From: Octopus vulgaris
Taxonomy: Eukaryota
DNA: 64,000 bases
Direction: 5' to 3'
Assembly: GCA_951406725.2 (NCBI GenBank)
Contig: OX597820.1
Span: forward strand, 74,772,001-74,836,000
The notes beneath the pieces are model-generated. The model was not told where the DNA came from, searched no databases, and saw nothing but the letters and a program-made list of their open reading frames with translations. Below are positions 43,441 to 57,561 of the stretch, piece after piece. The position numbers and the translations under genes are program-made. Every line of letters begins with the position of its first letter. The stretch's first letter is position 1.

Positions 43441-44239
43441 TATGTAGATGCGTGTGTGTGTGAGTGTGTGTATATGCGTGTTTGTCTCTGTGTATCTGCG
43501 TGTATGTGTGTAAGCATTTGTGCGTGTACATACATAATTCATACTTATGTATATATATACACACACACACACACACTTATAAATATATAACGTTATGGCA
43601 GGTATGAAGTATTTTATTTTGTGCTACTGTAATTACTTTTATTATCATACTGAGAGCTTAAAGATATTTATCGACGATATATCTTCTTTCCTATCCAGAG
43701 AAATATAACATATTAAAGCGGTTCTTCACTGCTACATTGGATATTATACTTTACTGATCTGAAGTGACGGATGTACAAAAGAGTCCTCATAAAAGATGGA
43801 TTTAATTCTCAGAGCATACTTACTTTTGCAGCCTAATCTTTATCTGTAACTAAATATTGTTTCAAATTAGATATAACTTTAACATGGGACTATTTAATTT
43901 AAAAGCTTACGATTTTCTCTCTGTCTTTTACACTTTTTAAAGGTCTCGAAACGCATACGAAACTATTGCATCATATTTGAATATTCGAATTGTTCTCTTT
44001 ATATTTGCAACGTTAGCAGATGTTATTTTCCTCGGCATACTCTATCTCTTTCTCTCCAGGTCTCTGTATAAACGTGTGCGCGCGTACACTCACACTCCTG
44101 ACATATAAACAGACGTTCACATGCATACATACATATGCACTCTTACATAGATACATACATACCAGCATACATACATACACACACACACACATATATAAAT
44201 ATATTTATATATCGAATTTATAGAATCATATATATATAT

Positions 44240-44493
44240 ATCTTGGGTTGGTGTATGATTATTGCGGCTTTTTTTTCAACGAATTTTATTGAACAAAAAC
44301 AATATCAAAAAATTTACAAAAACATCTTTAAATGACGGTCTGACCATCTGACAAGCAAATGGGAAGCAGTAATTGAAGTAGATGGTGAATATGCTTCGCA
44401 ATATTCAGTTAAAGATGCTTTTGTTGAATGACATTGTTTTTGTTGAATAAAATTTGTTGAAAAAAGCCGCAATAATTATGCCCCTACCTAATA
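44240..44493. mobile_element. mariner-type MITE
   Basis: ~65-bp imperfect TIRs ttgggttggtgtatgattattgcggctttt / aaaagccgcaataattatgcccctacctaa with TA ends. Confidence 0.75.
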
Positions 44494-44679
44494 TAAGCAA
44501 AACATTCAAACACTGAGATTTGAAATCAGATGTCACTACTGTTCATATCATCTGTGGATAAATTTAAAAAATTATGATATCACCAGCAGTGACATAGGTT
44601 GATCGCAGGCAGAATAGCATTAAATAGCTATGGATTGACATCTGATTTCAAATCTCAATGTTTGAATGTTTTGCTTATA
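44492..44679. mobile_element. Small MITE-like fold-back (44-bp arms, 100-bp spacer)
   Basis: 44492-44535 versus 44636-44679, one mismatch, TATA ends. Confidence 0.7.
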
Positions 44680-44978
44680 AAATTTTTGGCGCAAAACAAA
44701 ACCAGTTGCACAGGGTTTAACGTGACAGTTATGAATTATTGCTCGGTAGGCCACACTGACGAGGCTCAGAGTTTAATTACCCAAAAGCCGAAACCTGGTT
44801 TGTGGATATCCCTAATTGCATAATATTTTTCATATGTGCTGCTAAATGTTTTAATCCTTTCTGTTTTCCTCGCATACTGTTTTTTCTGTTATCTTGGAGC
44901 GATACGGTGGATAAATTTAAAACTTTAGTTCTTATTTCTAGCAGGTGGCTGCTTGTTAAACATCATTATGCTTCGTGT

Positions 44979-45032
<54 letters not shown>

Positions 45033-46257
45033 AACACACATATATATACATACATCTCATAAACTAACAGAACTTAAGTTGCGTGGCGTAATGCAGAAGT
45101 AGAGAAAATACGTTAAATTTAAGGGAATCACAATTTGGTGCGATGTAATAAAAAGCTTAATGTAATGTTTCAGGTTGTGTAATTGCTAGAAGTGCATCTG
45201 AGAAATGAAATGCATATAATCAATTTAAATTTAATTATTGTTTACGTAAACGCATAAACTTCGAAGTGTCTCGAAGACCAGTGAGTTTGATAAAATAAAT
45301 GTTGCATGTTGCTGACAGCTGCTGAAACGAAGAAAAAAAGAAGTAAAAACGAAAAACAACAAAAAATGAAACAAACAAATACCACCCTCTACACACGCGC
45401 ACACACCTAAAAAAATAAACGTGTTGACGAAGAATTGCAGAAGTTTGAAGATGAACTGAAAAAAGAGGTAAAGGTGTTCTCTGGAGCAGAAACAGCATGG
45501 GTGACATGAGAAATAAATGATGAGCGGAGTGGTAGTCACGTTTGAGTGGAGTGGGGACGAGCTCAACCGTCTCTGAAGAGAAGAGTCTGGTAGAAATGGA
45601 AAAACGAGGACATAGCACATATTTGGGGGAGAATTTGGAGTGTAAAATACACACGCACACACACAAACAATAGCCAATACCTACAAACGTCATCTAGCGC
45701 TGGATCAATATTAAGTAAAATAAGCACGTGCTTAAGGCAACATGGAAAGGCAGGCAATCTAGAAATGGTACATGGTTTACGGCACAAAAAAAATCACTTT
45801 CAAATTACAAAAATGATATTGGAAGTGGTTTATATGATCGGAAATATATTTCGAAGTGTTTATGGTGTCATAATGAGGATCTGATAGAAGACTTTGCAAT
45901 TAAAAATGTACGAGAAAACTTTTTAAATAACGAGGAAGTATACAAAAATAAACGATATTTTCCATCTGATTGTTAGTTTTGTTTCATTTTGAAAAATAGA
46001 ACAATATTTTATGGTTTATTATTGTATATATTTTGAAATACACATATGGGGGTGGGGGCACCAAATCTTTTAGTTGCTTAGGGTATTTATATATTTTAAT
46101 TTGGTTCTGACACCATCTCTAATAATAGTAAAATCATCACCATCATTAAAAACACCAGCATCAGTATTATAACAATGCTATCATTACGACACCCAGCACC
46201 ACCTCCAACATGAATGAAAATATAACGACTGGTTAATAACCGATTGGTTTACATTTA

Positions 46258-46471
46258 CAGTAATCCTTCGCCATATCGCGACTCACCTATCGCGCACGCA
46301 GTACATCACGGTTCCACCTATAGCGCACTCAGTACATAACAGATTTATATCGCGGACTCCTCAGTATATCGCGGGTTTCTGCGGCCAATAGGTATTTATA
46401 TTTTTTTAGATTTTAACTATTTCTGTGTGAGGTCTTGGAACGCAACACTCGCGATAGTCGACGGATTACTA
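46258..46471. mobile_element. pogo/Tigger-like MITE
   Basis: TA-CAGTAATCCTTCG...CGACGGATTACT ends and internal tatcgcg repeats. A related end is at 52265-52325. Confidence 0.65.
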
Positions 46472-47165
46472 TAAATACAAATAGATTTCAGAATATCTGT
46501 ATAGCTGTACGAAACGGCACCCGAAGACAATCGCCGAATAACGAAATTCATATCAGAAAATTATATTGTAAATGTATAGAAACAGTAAATAATGCTTAAT
46601 TTCAGATTTATCTATATAAGCATATAGCTTCTACAAAAATCATTGTAGAACTGATGCATGATGTCATCAATTTTAAAACAATTTCTCAATTAACAAATGA
46701 GTATTAGAAAGCAATCAATGTATTTCTGCACCTCATTTAGTTTCAATGAAAATAGAGAAAACCATTGTCCATAATGAAATCATTTGATAGAAATATATTC
46801 TAAGTGCAACCACATAAATCAAACAAACATTCAAGACGTGAAAATATATTTCAGCTTCTACAATTTAAATCTTTGAGATCATGAACGTATATTTCATTAC
46901 GTTCGGGCTGGGTTAGTCTCTACAATTCCTGGTTAATTATACACTTGATATCTCCGAAGAATGTGGTTATTTCTTAGTAGTCACATTTATTATCAATCAT
47001 AAAATTTAATAGTAAAATTATTTGAATCATACGAAGACGTATATATTCATGAATAGTGTGACAGAAACACACACACACACACACATGCACACACGCTTTC
47101 AACACCGAACTCAAGTAAATATAGCTATACATTTCGTTAATTCTTAGTACATACTTATTCGTAAG

Positions 47166-47376
47166 ATGGCGAGCTGGCAGAAACATTAGCACACCGGACG
47201 AAATGCTTAGCGGCATTTCGTCTGTCTTTTCGTTCTGAGCTCAAATTCTGCCGAGGTCGACTTTGCTTTTCTTCTTTCGGGAACGATAAATTAAGTATCA
47301 GTTCCATACTGGTGTCGATCTAATCGACTGATCCCTTCCCAAAAAATTTCGGTCCTTGTGCCTGGAATAGAAGAGA
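47166..47376 (+). mobile_element. SINE family B
   Basis: Complete head, core and standard tail. Confidence 0.88.
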
Positions 47377-47441
47377 ATACATACATATTCATAATTGCAT
47401 GTGTGTGAATATGTATAACTATATATATATATCTTTCCCCT

Positions 47442-47493
<52 letters not shown>

Positions 47494-47497
47494 GCTG

Positions 47498-47558
<61 letters not shown>

Positions 47559-48247
47559 TTCCCCCTCTCTGTCTGTCTATCTGTCTATGCGAACCTTTCT
47601 CGCTGTCTCTTGCTTTTTCTTTCTCTATATCTTTTACCTTTTACTTCCTTTAGTTATCAGACTCAAGTCAGGCTGGGGCACCGTCTAGAAGAAATTTTAA
47701 GGGAACGAATCGGTTCTCAGTACATAACAAAATTTTTATTTAGATTTTATCTGTATATTTAATTTTAGATTTAACCGGAATATATTCAGTGCTGAATTAT
47801 TCCGTATGTACACGTGTAACGAGATCTAATTTGAAGAGCCCGCCTTTTACATGGATATATGTGTGAAAATTTCTATATGCTATGTTGGCTACATTAGGCG
47901 TGTGAATTTCATTTATTTTTATTTGTTCTGAGTATATCTGCACTGACGATTAGAAAACACTAACTATAAAATCATATGATTTGCAGCTGAATCTGTTTTT
48001 AAGAAACGACTTCTAAGTTGCGTTCCCTTGCTGTCGGTACAATGTATATTTATTAAGGTAGTTTTGATTTTAGGAGTCCCGTATAGCCTGAGGCATTTTT
48101 GTGTAGTAATGCCCTTAATCATATATCTTGTACAAATTGTTCCCTTAACTGGTTTTTGACGCTGAATACTTGATAACTTATTATAAAGATTTTATCCTTA
48201 TATTTAATTTTAGATACAAACATAATGCATGTATGCATACATACATA

Positions 48248-48335
<88 letters not shown>

Positions 48336-48395
48336 TGGTTCACTGTAGCTACACCCTTTGGGCTGATACTTGTAAAATATTGAAAGAATAACAGA

Positions 48396-48433
<38 letters not shown>

Positions 48434-48773
48434 GTGTCTGTGTATGTATATATGTATGTATGTATTTATGTATAAGTCTGTATAGAAAGAAGTTGTTTTT
48501 TTTACGCGTATGTCATCCAATCGTATATCAGATTTAAACTTAAATCGATTAACGATACTGGAAAGTGTTCACGTTTATATGTATTGTATTTGTCGTTGAT
48601 TCTTCTTCAATACTTGTACTTTACGCCTCTGAAATTCCTGTTGTGGCTATGCGAATTTCCATAATTTTCGATATAGGATAAATTAAGTTTAAAAATGAAG
48701 GAAAACGTAGGATACGTATACAACATAATCAATTTATTATCATAGTCCAGTCAAATTAATAAGTTAATTGATA

Positions 48774-48861
48774 TTGCCTACGCCACGTTTCGGCTGATTG
48801 CTGTCATTTATATTTTAAATCGCATTATTATGTTGAAAAAGTAAAAAGCTCCTCAGGGTAA
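48774..48861 (-). ncRNA. Type I hammerhead motif
   Basis: ttacc-CTGAGGA-(long stem II)-cagcc-GAAAC-gtggc-GTA-ggcaa. Confidence 0.65.
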
Positions 48862-49512
48862 GATTAGCTGATGTTTTCGCACTTAAATCGATGGACAGTT
48901 TATTCCGATTGAATTGCAGCATGTGCATCTTGCATTCCGTTCTACAAATAGATGGAAGTTGATAATTTGATCCTACAGGACAAAAGATAGGCATTGCTAA
49001 GAAAATCTAGGTGATGTAACAATTCCATTCTTTTGGTAGTGCCGATTAGCTGTTTACAAGCCTACGGCTACTTTTGATCTTATTCAGTATGTCCATAACA
49101 CATTCCTCCACGTTCTCATTCCCCACATTTGGCCAAAATTATTAACGATTTAGGATTAGAAGCCTAAATTTAAATAGATATGGTTAAAATAAACACCGTA
49201 TAAATAACACCTATGAATCGTGCAACGATACCATAAATTATATAGACACACACACATGTATGAGCCTAGCTTATCAGCTAATATATTTGGATGGATAATT
49301 GTATTTACTAGTAACTAATATAAATTTTATAAAGAGTAAATAAAGTGTTGATATAAAACAAATGAATAAAAAGTAGCAATTTGGTACATACCTAGATTTA
49401 TTTTGTCAATAATAAAGGTAGGGAATATGTTAATGGCATGCTGAATAATATGCAAAGTAGGGGCAAGCTTGTAAACTCTCTATCATTTAGGATGTGAAAA
49501 ATATATTTAATC

Positions 49513-49602
49513 TTGCCCTGAGGAGGTATTTTGCTTTCCTCAACTTAATAATGCACTTTAAAATATGAAAGACAGCAATTAGCCGAAACGCAGCGTAGGT
49601 AA
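49513..49602 (+). ncRNA. Type I hammerhead motif
   Basis: ttgcc-CTGAGGA-ggt..ttgct...agcaattagcc-GAAAC-gcagc-GTA-ggtaa. Confidence 0.75.
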
Positions 49603-51769
49603 TGTGAATGAACTTATTAATTTGACAGGACTATGAATCTAAATTGATTATTCTATGTTTGCATTCTCCGTTTTCTTTGAATTTTAAACTTATATATATA
49701 TGTATATATATGTATATGTGTGTGTGTGTATGTGTGTGAGCGTGTGTGTGTGTAGACACACACATATATATGCGCATAGAAATATATATAAATATAGTAT
49801 TCAGGTGAACTGATGGAGAAAGCAATATGCTTGTGAATGAAATTGAAGAAAGTAAGATATACAAGTAAATGGATTTAATTGTATGAAAACCAATAAGCCG
49901 AGAGAAATGGAAGCACACTATTCGGAAAAGAACAAAAGATGATAGAGTGTTATTAAATGTAAAGAAGAGAAAGAAAATCATCAGGTAAGAAGGAAAATAT
50001 ATTAAAGAAAACTACGGCAACAATAAAAACAGATGATAGTTGATTAAATAATTATTATAAATGCAATAGAAATGTCAGCAGACAAATTTGATTTAAATTA
50101 ATTTTCCAGTTATGAAGTATGAAGATATGTCTTTACGTAAAGTCTGTAAAATTGATAAGAAATTGCTGAACTTTCAACAATATTTTGATTACAGGCAGCT
50201 TTTCACACAAAACTACGAATTAGATAGTAGAACTAGAAATATTCAAAGGATATATAATGCATTTCAAGTTCCAAAATCATGTAAAGAATATGATAAATTT
50301 CAGCGTATAGGGATTAATATGTTCATTTAAATAGTGAAATTTTCGGTAAAATTTAATTACTTTCTGATGATATTTTGATAAAATTTGTTTACAGAATTCA
50401 AAAATATTTTATTGACGACTTCAATATTAAAAACTGATCAATGATTAGTTTTATTTTCTCATGCTTTAACCACGATCATTCATTGGAACCACGATAGAAA
50501 AGAAGTATTTCTCTTCTTTTGGTGCCTGAAAGTAGCAGCTAAGCTGTGTGTACCAGTCCGCACAGCTATAATGTTCAGTATATGATGGAACAATTGTTAT
50601 AATATAATGTCTATGATTGCTAACTTAAATTCAAGTTTTGACAGCATTTGTACAACTTTTGTTGACTCTTAAAAAGCCTATGGCAACAAGGAAACTTCTA
50701 ATGCAGCTACTACAATTTTATAAGGTTTCACACATAATAATTATACAATTACGTAGTTGTGTTTTCTTTGTGAGGCGTTACAAGTTGGAATGCGTGGTGG
50801 CCTCTTGGAAAACATTGTATCTTACAGCATTGTTACAATAGTTCCTTGGATGAAAAGTTTCGTAAGTGACGACACAAACACACACGCACACGCACGCAAA
50901 CATACACATAACATACCAACACCCATCCACACATACACGCATGGACTGAACCCGGAACCATGTGGTTGGTAAGCAAGCTACTTACCACACAATATATGAT
51001 GTAACTTAGTAAACACAGTTCAACAAATTCATTGATATTTATGTAAATGGAGGAGGTTAGATGTTTAAATGGATTATAGTTTATATTTCTCAGGTTGCTG
51101 TACAATTTGCTTCGTAAAGAAAGACAAAGGTATTCTTAACAGAAAATCTGAGCTGTCATAAAATACTCGTCGGTAACTTAGATAAAAATTAGTAAGACAT
51201 CAGAAGTACATAAGTTTGGAGTCATGTCTGTTTTAAACAAGGCTAATAAAATAAAGTGAGTGCTAGTATATAAAATAATATTAAAATATTAGTCTGGCAT
51301 TCTCTCTATGAATTTCCATATATGTGTTTCTTTAAACTTCCGTATATGAAGTAAAATAACTGGTGAGGCTGTATTTTGTTAGGATAGGAAAGCCAAATAA
51401 GGAAGGAAAGAATATTCAAACACAAAAAACTTATATTTATATTTAGCTGTCAATTATCGTTACAACTTAATAAGTAATTTGAAAAAATTGTTTAATAGAA
51501 ATCACTAGTAATTTCAGGTTTATAAAATTTATAATTAAACTATTTATTGTAAATGATATGTCTAATATTCATAGAAAACAATAAGCGAAATATTTAGTAT
51601 AAATACTATTGAAACTTACTCACATGGTACAGGAAACTTATATGTATACCATTCTGCCTAAATAATGGATCTACAGATGCCATATCCCTGCATATCTCAC
51701 GTCTATTTTCATTCCTCCATTTTACTCACTATTTCATATCTTATCTAAAATAACTATTGCTTAACCATT

Positions 51770-52025
51770 TTCTCACACCGTCTCCGATGAAGGGATATAT
51801 AAAATATCCCGCAAACAGCTGTAAGACCTATTTATAAATGTTCTGAAATCTTTCACAGCCTTGGATTTTTTTTTATATATACACATGCTGATATATGATC
51901 TACGTTGGACTCCTCATTCGCATAATTACCGAACCTGGAGCTTAACTGTAGTCTGTTCGTAGCACTTATTCTTTATTACCTGACAACTTTGGATTTTATT
52001 GACACCATTACCTCTCATAATCTGT
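51770..52025 (+). mobile_element. Hammerhead-family repeat (same family as 58590-59000)
   Basis: gtct-CCGATGA-agggat..atcccg-CAAAC-agct-GTA-agac at 51780-51827. The downstream ~200 bp match 58590-58820 inverted. Confidence 0.7.
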
Positions 52026-52074
52026 CTCTGTCTCTCTGTGTATTTTTCTCCCTCTCTCACTCTTTCTCTGTCTC

Positions 52075-52151
<77 letters not shown>

Positions 52152-52327
52152 TAAGCATACGGCAAATTCTTCTGTGGTGTTGTTTTGCATTTATAATACA
52201 ATAAATTTTAAAATTAATAATAAAGATAATAAAAAAGTATACAGTACTGTACTGTCTCTCCTTCTCGGATTTTCAACTATCGCGGGGTATTTTGGAACGA
52301 AACACTCACGATAGATGAGGGATTGCG

Positions 52328-52410
<83 letters not shown>

Positions 52411-52599
52411 TGTGCACAGAGTTTCCTTTATACACATCAGAGACCGTACGTCCTTCAGTAAAAAAGCTGGAGATATTAGAGGCTACTACAGGAGTTGAAA
52501 TATCAAAAATTATGTTTCACATACAAACACCCAATAATAATAATATCATAGGATCTACTAGTGAATATATTGATTATCTAATTGATGCATAGACCAAAA

Positions 52600-52950
52600 G
52601 GAAAACAATGTGTAATTATATAAAGAAACTGATGGAATAGAAATGCTTTCTCCTTTAGGGCACATCTTCACAGTCTTCCATATGGTTACAATAGATAGAA
52701 CATGATGCACTGACATGAGTATATGATATAAACTAGATTCATGATTAATATATTCATTGTATTGGATACGCCCTAAGATAACATGAATTATATAATCACC
52801 TATACACAACTCCTTATCAACATTCAATTTGAAGGAATGTACAAATAAACTTGTAGCAAAAGAATTCCTCCAATTTTAGCCATAAAGAAAATAACAACTT
52901 ACACTTGATCTGTTTGTAGAAAGACACAAATAAAATTATGTACTCACATG
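52600..52950 (-). mobile_element. Possible decayed piggyBac transposase fragment
   Basis: KELCIGDYIIHVILGRIQYNEYI resembles the piggyBac LxIDExMIxxxGRxxxxQYI motif. Confidence 0.3.
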
Positions 52951-53119
52951 GAGACAACGAATGCCGAGGCGATATCTCCTATAACAACATTTAGATTTTC
53001 TGTCCTAAGCACAAAGCGCCGAATAAAGAGATATACAAAATAAAATAAGCAGTATTTAATAATGGTTACTTCAAGAAATTAATAGAGTAATAAATATAAC
53101 TACAGAAATAAAAAAAAAA

Positions 53120-53681
53120 TATTGGGTTGTCCTAAAAGTTAGTGCCGATTTTTAAAGGAGAGAAAAAGATCAATAAATACTTGCCATTACATTTTTAATC
53201 AACCAAATATGAACCATTTTGTTGCACAATACGTCTCCATCTTTCTTTTAACTAGAAAATACCCTCTTCCCAGAATTGAGGTGGTTTCATGGCAAAGAAT
53301 TCATCAGGGTATCTTTTTACGTCATCCAAGGAATTGAAATTTTTTACTATTACGACTATTCTGCAGAGACCTGAATAAGTGGAAATCCGAAGGAGCAATA
53401 TCTGGTGAATATAGAAGGTGGGGTAACATATCCCAGCCGAGCTGCAGCAATTTTTGTCTGGTTCCCAAAGCATCAAGTACCGAAAATAAACTTTCTTATC
53501 TTCCATTTTAAAAAGTTACAGATTTAACACAGGAACATAAACCTTCTTCCACGAAAAGATAGCTTAAACTATGCTCTAAATGCAGGTGTAGTCAAATCCT
53601 ATTTTATGGACTCAACCATGTTCTAAAATAAGTCGAAAGGTAAGCTATTATAAATCGGCACGAACTTTCCGGACAACCCAA
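53120..53681 (-). mobile_element. Non-autonomous mariner with both TIRs
   Basis: TA-ttgggttgtcc..gtgccgattt / aaatcggcac..ggacaacccaa. C-terminal LPHLLYSPDIAPSDFHLFRSLQNS...FWEEGI. Confidence 0.88.
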
Positions 53682-54144
53682 CACAATGCAAAAAATGGAT
53701 CAGACACCACACGTTTTACCAAAATAAAAAGGAAGCAAATCACCGCTAAAGTGTATTACGCGTATGAAAAAGTGTAGATGACCACATTACAAAAATACTC
53801 GTAAAGTCGGTGCAACAAAGCATAAACTGCAATTAATTATAAGTTACGAAATACTAAAATTCCAAAGTTAGTCAATGACAACATTTAAACATGCAAACAA
53901 GTTACTCATATTCTGCCATTAGATTGTGGCCATACTAAGGCCCGTCCTTGAAGGACTTAGTTGGCAAAATCATCCCCAGTACTTATTCTGTTTTAGCCTG
54001 GTATTTATCCTATGGTTCAATTTTTCTTAATCGCTAAGTTACGGACACGTAGACAAGCTACCACCGATTGATGAAGTAAAGTGGGGACAAACATAAATTC
54101 ACGTACAAACACAAACACCCATCCATGTATATACATACATACAT

Positions 54145-54490
54145 TGCCTAATTACCAATCTTGGGAGATTAGGCTTCTCAAAACTAGAAAGGAGAAAGCT
54201 AATTCGAAGACTACAGATCCAATCCATCAATGGAACTGTAATAATCTGTAAAACTTTCCAGAAGTTTATCATTTCAGTGTAAATGAGCATGTCTTGACAT
54301 GCAACTATATGCATGAAAATACATACATATAACATACAAATCTGCACATACATACATGCATACAGACATACATACACACAAAAATACCCCGTTGTTGATG
54401 TTAAACTTCCAACGAAGGAGCCTTGGATCTAGGTTAGAAACTGGTTCATTCTCTATTAGCAAGAAATCTTGAAATAAACTGAATAATGAC
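54145..54490 (+). mobile_element. 3' end of the same R4-like family as 33975, embedded in (ATAC)n
   Basis: RKLIRRLQIQSINGTVIICKTFQKFII plus a shared 3' UTR. ATAC repeats lie on both sides. Confidence 0.8.
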
Positions 54491-55182
54491 ATACATACAT
54501 ACACACATACATACACACGCACATATACAGATATAAGTATGTGCGTGGTGGTTTAAATTAGTTATGGCCTGGATAAATTGTGTCCGAAACTTGTCTAAGT
54601 ATTTAAGTACACTGTTTACTTCTACCAATTTCACTCGGTGGTTGGTCCGGGGATTTAGAAGAAGACATTTTCCGAAAGTGCTACTCAGTGTAGCGAAACC
54701 CGAACCCACGTTGTTGTCAAGCGAAGTTTCTAAGCGTACGGCTATGGGTGGATAATCATACATTTTACCACAAACGGGTAAGATGTAAGTGACAAGATTT
54801 TTGACTATTTTATTAGCCATACTCACGACTGCTGTCTCACCATAAACTCAAAGAAGCAATTGCAATGCACTATAGAAAACGACACATAATTTCTGAAAAT
54901 AATGATTGAAAATAGAAGCAACATTTCGTGATGAGAAACTCTCATGAGAGCTGAACAGCAGGCCACGAGAGGAGAAACGCGCGTCAGGGAAATGTTTCGG
55001 CCGTTAGCTCTTAACACTGTAAGGAGGCCGGACCACATGCAGGTCATGACGCCTGTGTGCCCTTCTGCTGAAATTTTTTATCCACTTGAATATTGGAGAC
55101 TTGTGTCTCTAAATCGCCTCGAGGATTCATCTAGTTCTAACTCCTTTCCGATGACTCAACTTTTAAATTTATGACTGACTGA

Positions 55183-55527
55183 CTGGCACTCCGTCGCTTA
55201 CGACGACGAGGTTCCAGTTGATCCGATTAACGGAACAGCGTGCGCGTGAAATTTACGTGCAAGTGTCTGAGCACTCCACAGACACGTGTACCCTTAACGT
55301 GACACAGAGTGTGACAAGGCTGGCTCTCTGAATTACAGGCATGAGAGAAACAGGAAGTAGGAGTGAGAGAAAGTCGTGATGAAAGAGTACAGCAGGGTTC
55401 GCCACCATCCGCTGCCGAGCTTTAAGTTTTTTTGCTCAATAAACACAACGCCCGGTCTGGGAATCGAAACCGCGGTCCTATGACAACGTGTCCGCTGCCC
55501 TAACCACTGGGCCATTGCGCCTCCACT
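55183..55527 (-). mobile_element. SINE family C with an RTE-like tail ending in (AGTC)n
   Basis: Minus head ggaggcgcaatggcccagtggttagggcagcgg and tail cgtcgtaagcgacggagtgcc(agtc)n. Confidence 0.8.
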
Positions 55528-56174
55528 TAAAGAAGTAACTACGTTGGTGGTCATGCTAGCTTGGAAGCATCAGCGCTATTTCGACTCACTTAGATTCACT
55601 TCCCTTCGCGTAAAAACTTTTCATATACAGACAACATGTTATTCACATATACGAAATAAACACTTGACGGACGACGTAGAAATCTAACATCCAATCATAC
55701 AGCTAATTGTGTACCAGTCACACTGAGAAAGCCTTCAATAACGAGGTAATAACGTGAGTTCATAGCTCTTCATTAAAAAGATGAAACTATGATGGCGAAG
55801 CGAAGTTACTCATTGGTGTAAGATCTTTTTTATATTCCTTCCAGACTGGAAAAAATTATGCAAAAAAGAGAAAGAACATAATAAATAAATGTCACTGACA
55901 TATTTTCTATAAAATATGTTCGTGTTTGTACAAGCTTGCGTATGCGTTTGTGTGTTTGTGTATTCATGTGCGTGCGTACTGCGTATGTGCGTTTGCATAT
56001 ACGCATATATAGTTACATGGAGTTCTTGTACAATGAGAACAAACAAAAAAAATGAGAGTATAGAAGCAAGGATATCACGGCCGCTCTGGATGTCTTTGGC
56101 GATGATTTAGTTTCCTATGAGAGAGGATTCTGAAAATGATTATACACACACACAGACATATATATATATATATA

Positions 56175-56480
56175 ACGGGAAGCTTTATGAAAATAAACAA
56201 AAGACGAAGGCAGGTGGAAAACAAACGAACAATTGTATTAGTATGGCGCTCAGGAAATATAAATAAAACAAGTCTTTAACGTTTCGAGCCTACGCTCTTC
56301 AACAGAAAGATACACAGAGAGAGAAAAACACAGAAAGAAGGAGAGGAAAAAAATGCGTGCAGTAGCTAACGAATCAACATGGCGATCTGATTTCGGCCAG
56401 AGGTCAAAGATCAAACATGAGACGCGAGAGCGAAATAAGGGGAGATAATAGGGTTGATAAATGGGTTGAGGGACCAGCTA
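56175..56480 (-). mobile_element. Hammerhead-family repeat
   Basis: Minus strand cttt-CTGTTGA-agagc gtag gctc-GAAAC-GTT-aaag at about 56272-56311. Confidence 0.7.
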
Positions 56481-56494
56481 AAAGTGCGTGGGAG

Positions 56495-56822
56495 GGGTCT
56501 GGATGTGTGTATGTATAGGGTTGGTGTATGTATTAATATGTATAAGGGTGTGTGTGTGTGTGTGTGTGTGTGTATGAGAGAGTATTAGTGCGTAAGATTG
56601 GTCTGGACGTGCGTATGTATGGGGTTGGTGTATGTATTAGTATGTATTAGTATGTATTAGTACGTATTGGTATGTATAGGTGTGTGTGTGTGTGTGTGTG
56701 AGAGTATAAGTGCGTATGCGGGGTCTGGACGTGTGTATGTATAGGGTTGGTGTAAGTATTAGTATGTACTAGTATGTATTAGTACGTATTAGTATGTATT
56801 AGTTGGTGTGTGTATTAGTATG
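56495..56822. repeat. Three ~105-120-bp tandem units (ggtctggacgtg..gggttggtgtatgtattag..(TG)n)
   Basis: Unit starts at about 56497, 56599 and 56722. Confidence 0.8.
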
Positions 56823-56940
56823 GCACATCATATGTGATGTGATGTGTAAAGTCATGTGGTGTAGTGAGACCGGAGTAAACACATAAATGTGAAACAAGGT
56901 GGAAAAAAGAGTACTCAAATACCAGTGGTAGAGTAATATG

Positions 56941-57102
56941 CTTTATTTTAAGCAGCAGAAAATTCAACAAAATCTGTTACTCTGAGTTTCTCGTTGCCGT
57001 TCATCAGACAGTTTTTGCCATTCTAGCAAAAACTGTCTGATGAACGGCAACGAGAAACTCAGAGTAACAGATTTTGTTGAATTTTCTGCTGCTTAAAATA
57101 AA

Positions 57103-57103
<1 letters not shown>
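56941..57103. ncRNA. Perfect 78-bp inverted repeat with a hammerhead on each strand
   Basis: Arms 56941-57018 and 57026-57103. Plus strand reads caaaaactgt-CTGATGA-acg gcaa cga-GAAAC-tcaga-GTA-acagattttg. Confidence 0.85.
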
Positions 57104-57143
<40 letters not shown>

Positions 57144-57518
57144 TTAAAGGAATTACAAGTCAGACGAACACATGCATACGTACATACATACAGGCATATA
57201 TGTATCTCTTCTTTTATAATATTATCCACAGACTAATCACATGTAGGGTATATATATATTTTAAAATGCGTTTATATAATTTTCAATTAATTCTAATGTA
57301 CTTTATTTTATTGTACGATATAGTAGTATTTAAAATGATTATATTATTAAATTAGTATTTTGGATATAACTTTCTATGTGTACTCCAGAAAATAAGATTG
57401 TCCTGAAATTGAAGTTGTGGTCCTATCGGTAAAATCCCAAATTCGTAATAATGATAACATATATATATATTTGAGGCAAGAATCATCTTTGTATGTGTGT
57501 GTGAATATAAATACATAT

Positions 57519-57561
<43 letters not shown>

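Larger units (their letters stand above)
48685..49692. mobile_element. Diverged inverted pair of hammerhead-bearing repeats
   Basis: ~48685-48905 is inversely similar to ~49465-49692. Confidence 0.7.

Noticed and set aside
45231-45990. Possible host exon (KRVDEELQKFEDELKKEVKVF)
   Set aside because: It is short and bounded by stops, with no recognisable family or clear splice sites.
49950-50900. Decayed Sola-like transposase
   Set aside because: Only vague motif resemblance, which cannot be supported without a profile search.
54940-55060. Helitron Pif1 helicase motif (AVSS..GGRT)
   Set aside because: It requires frameshifts and gaps and is too short to support.
56495-56822. CRISPR-like repeat-spacer array
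   Set aside because: The intervening parts are microsatellite variants rather than unique spacers, and the context is eukaryotic.
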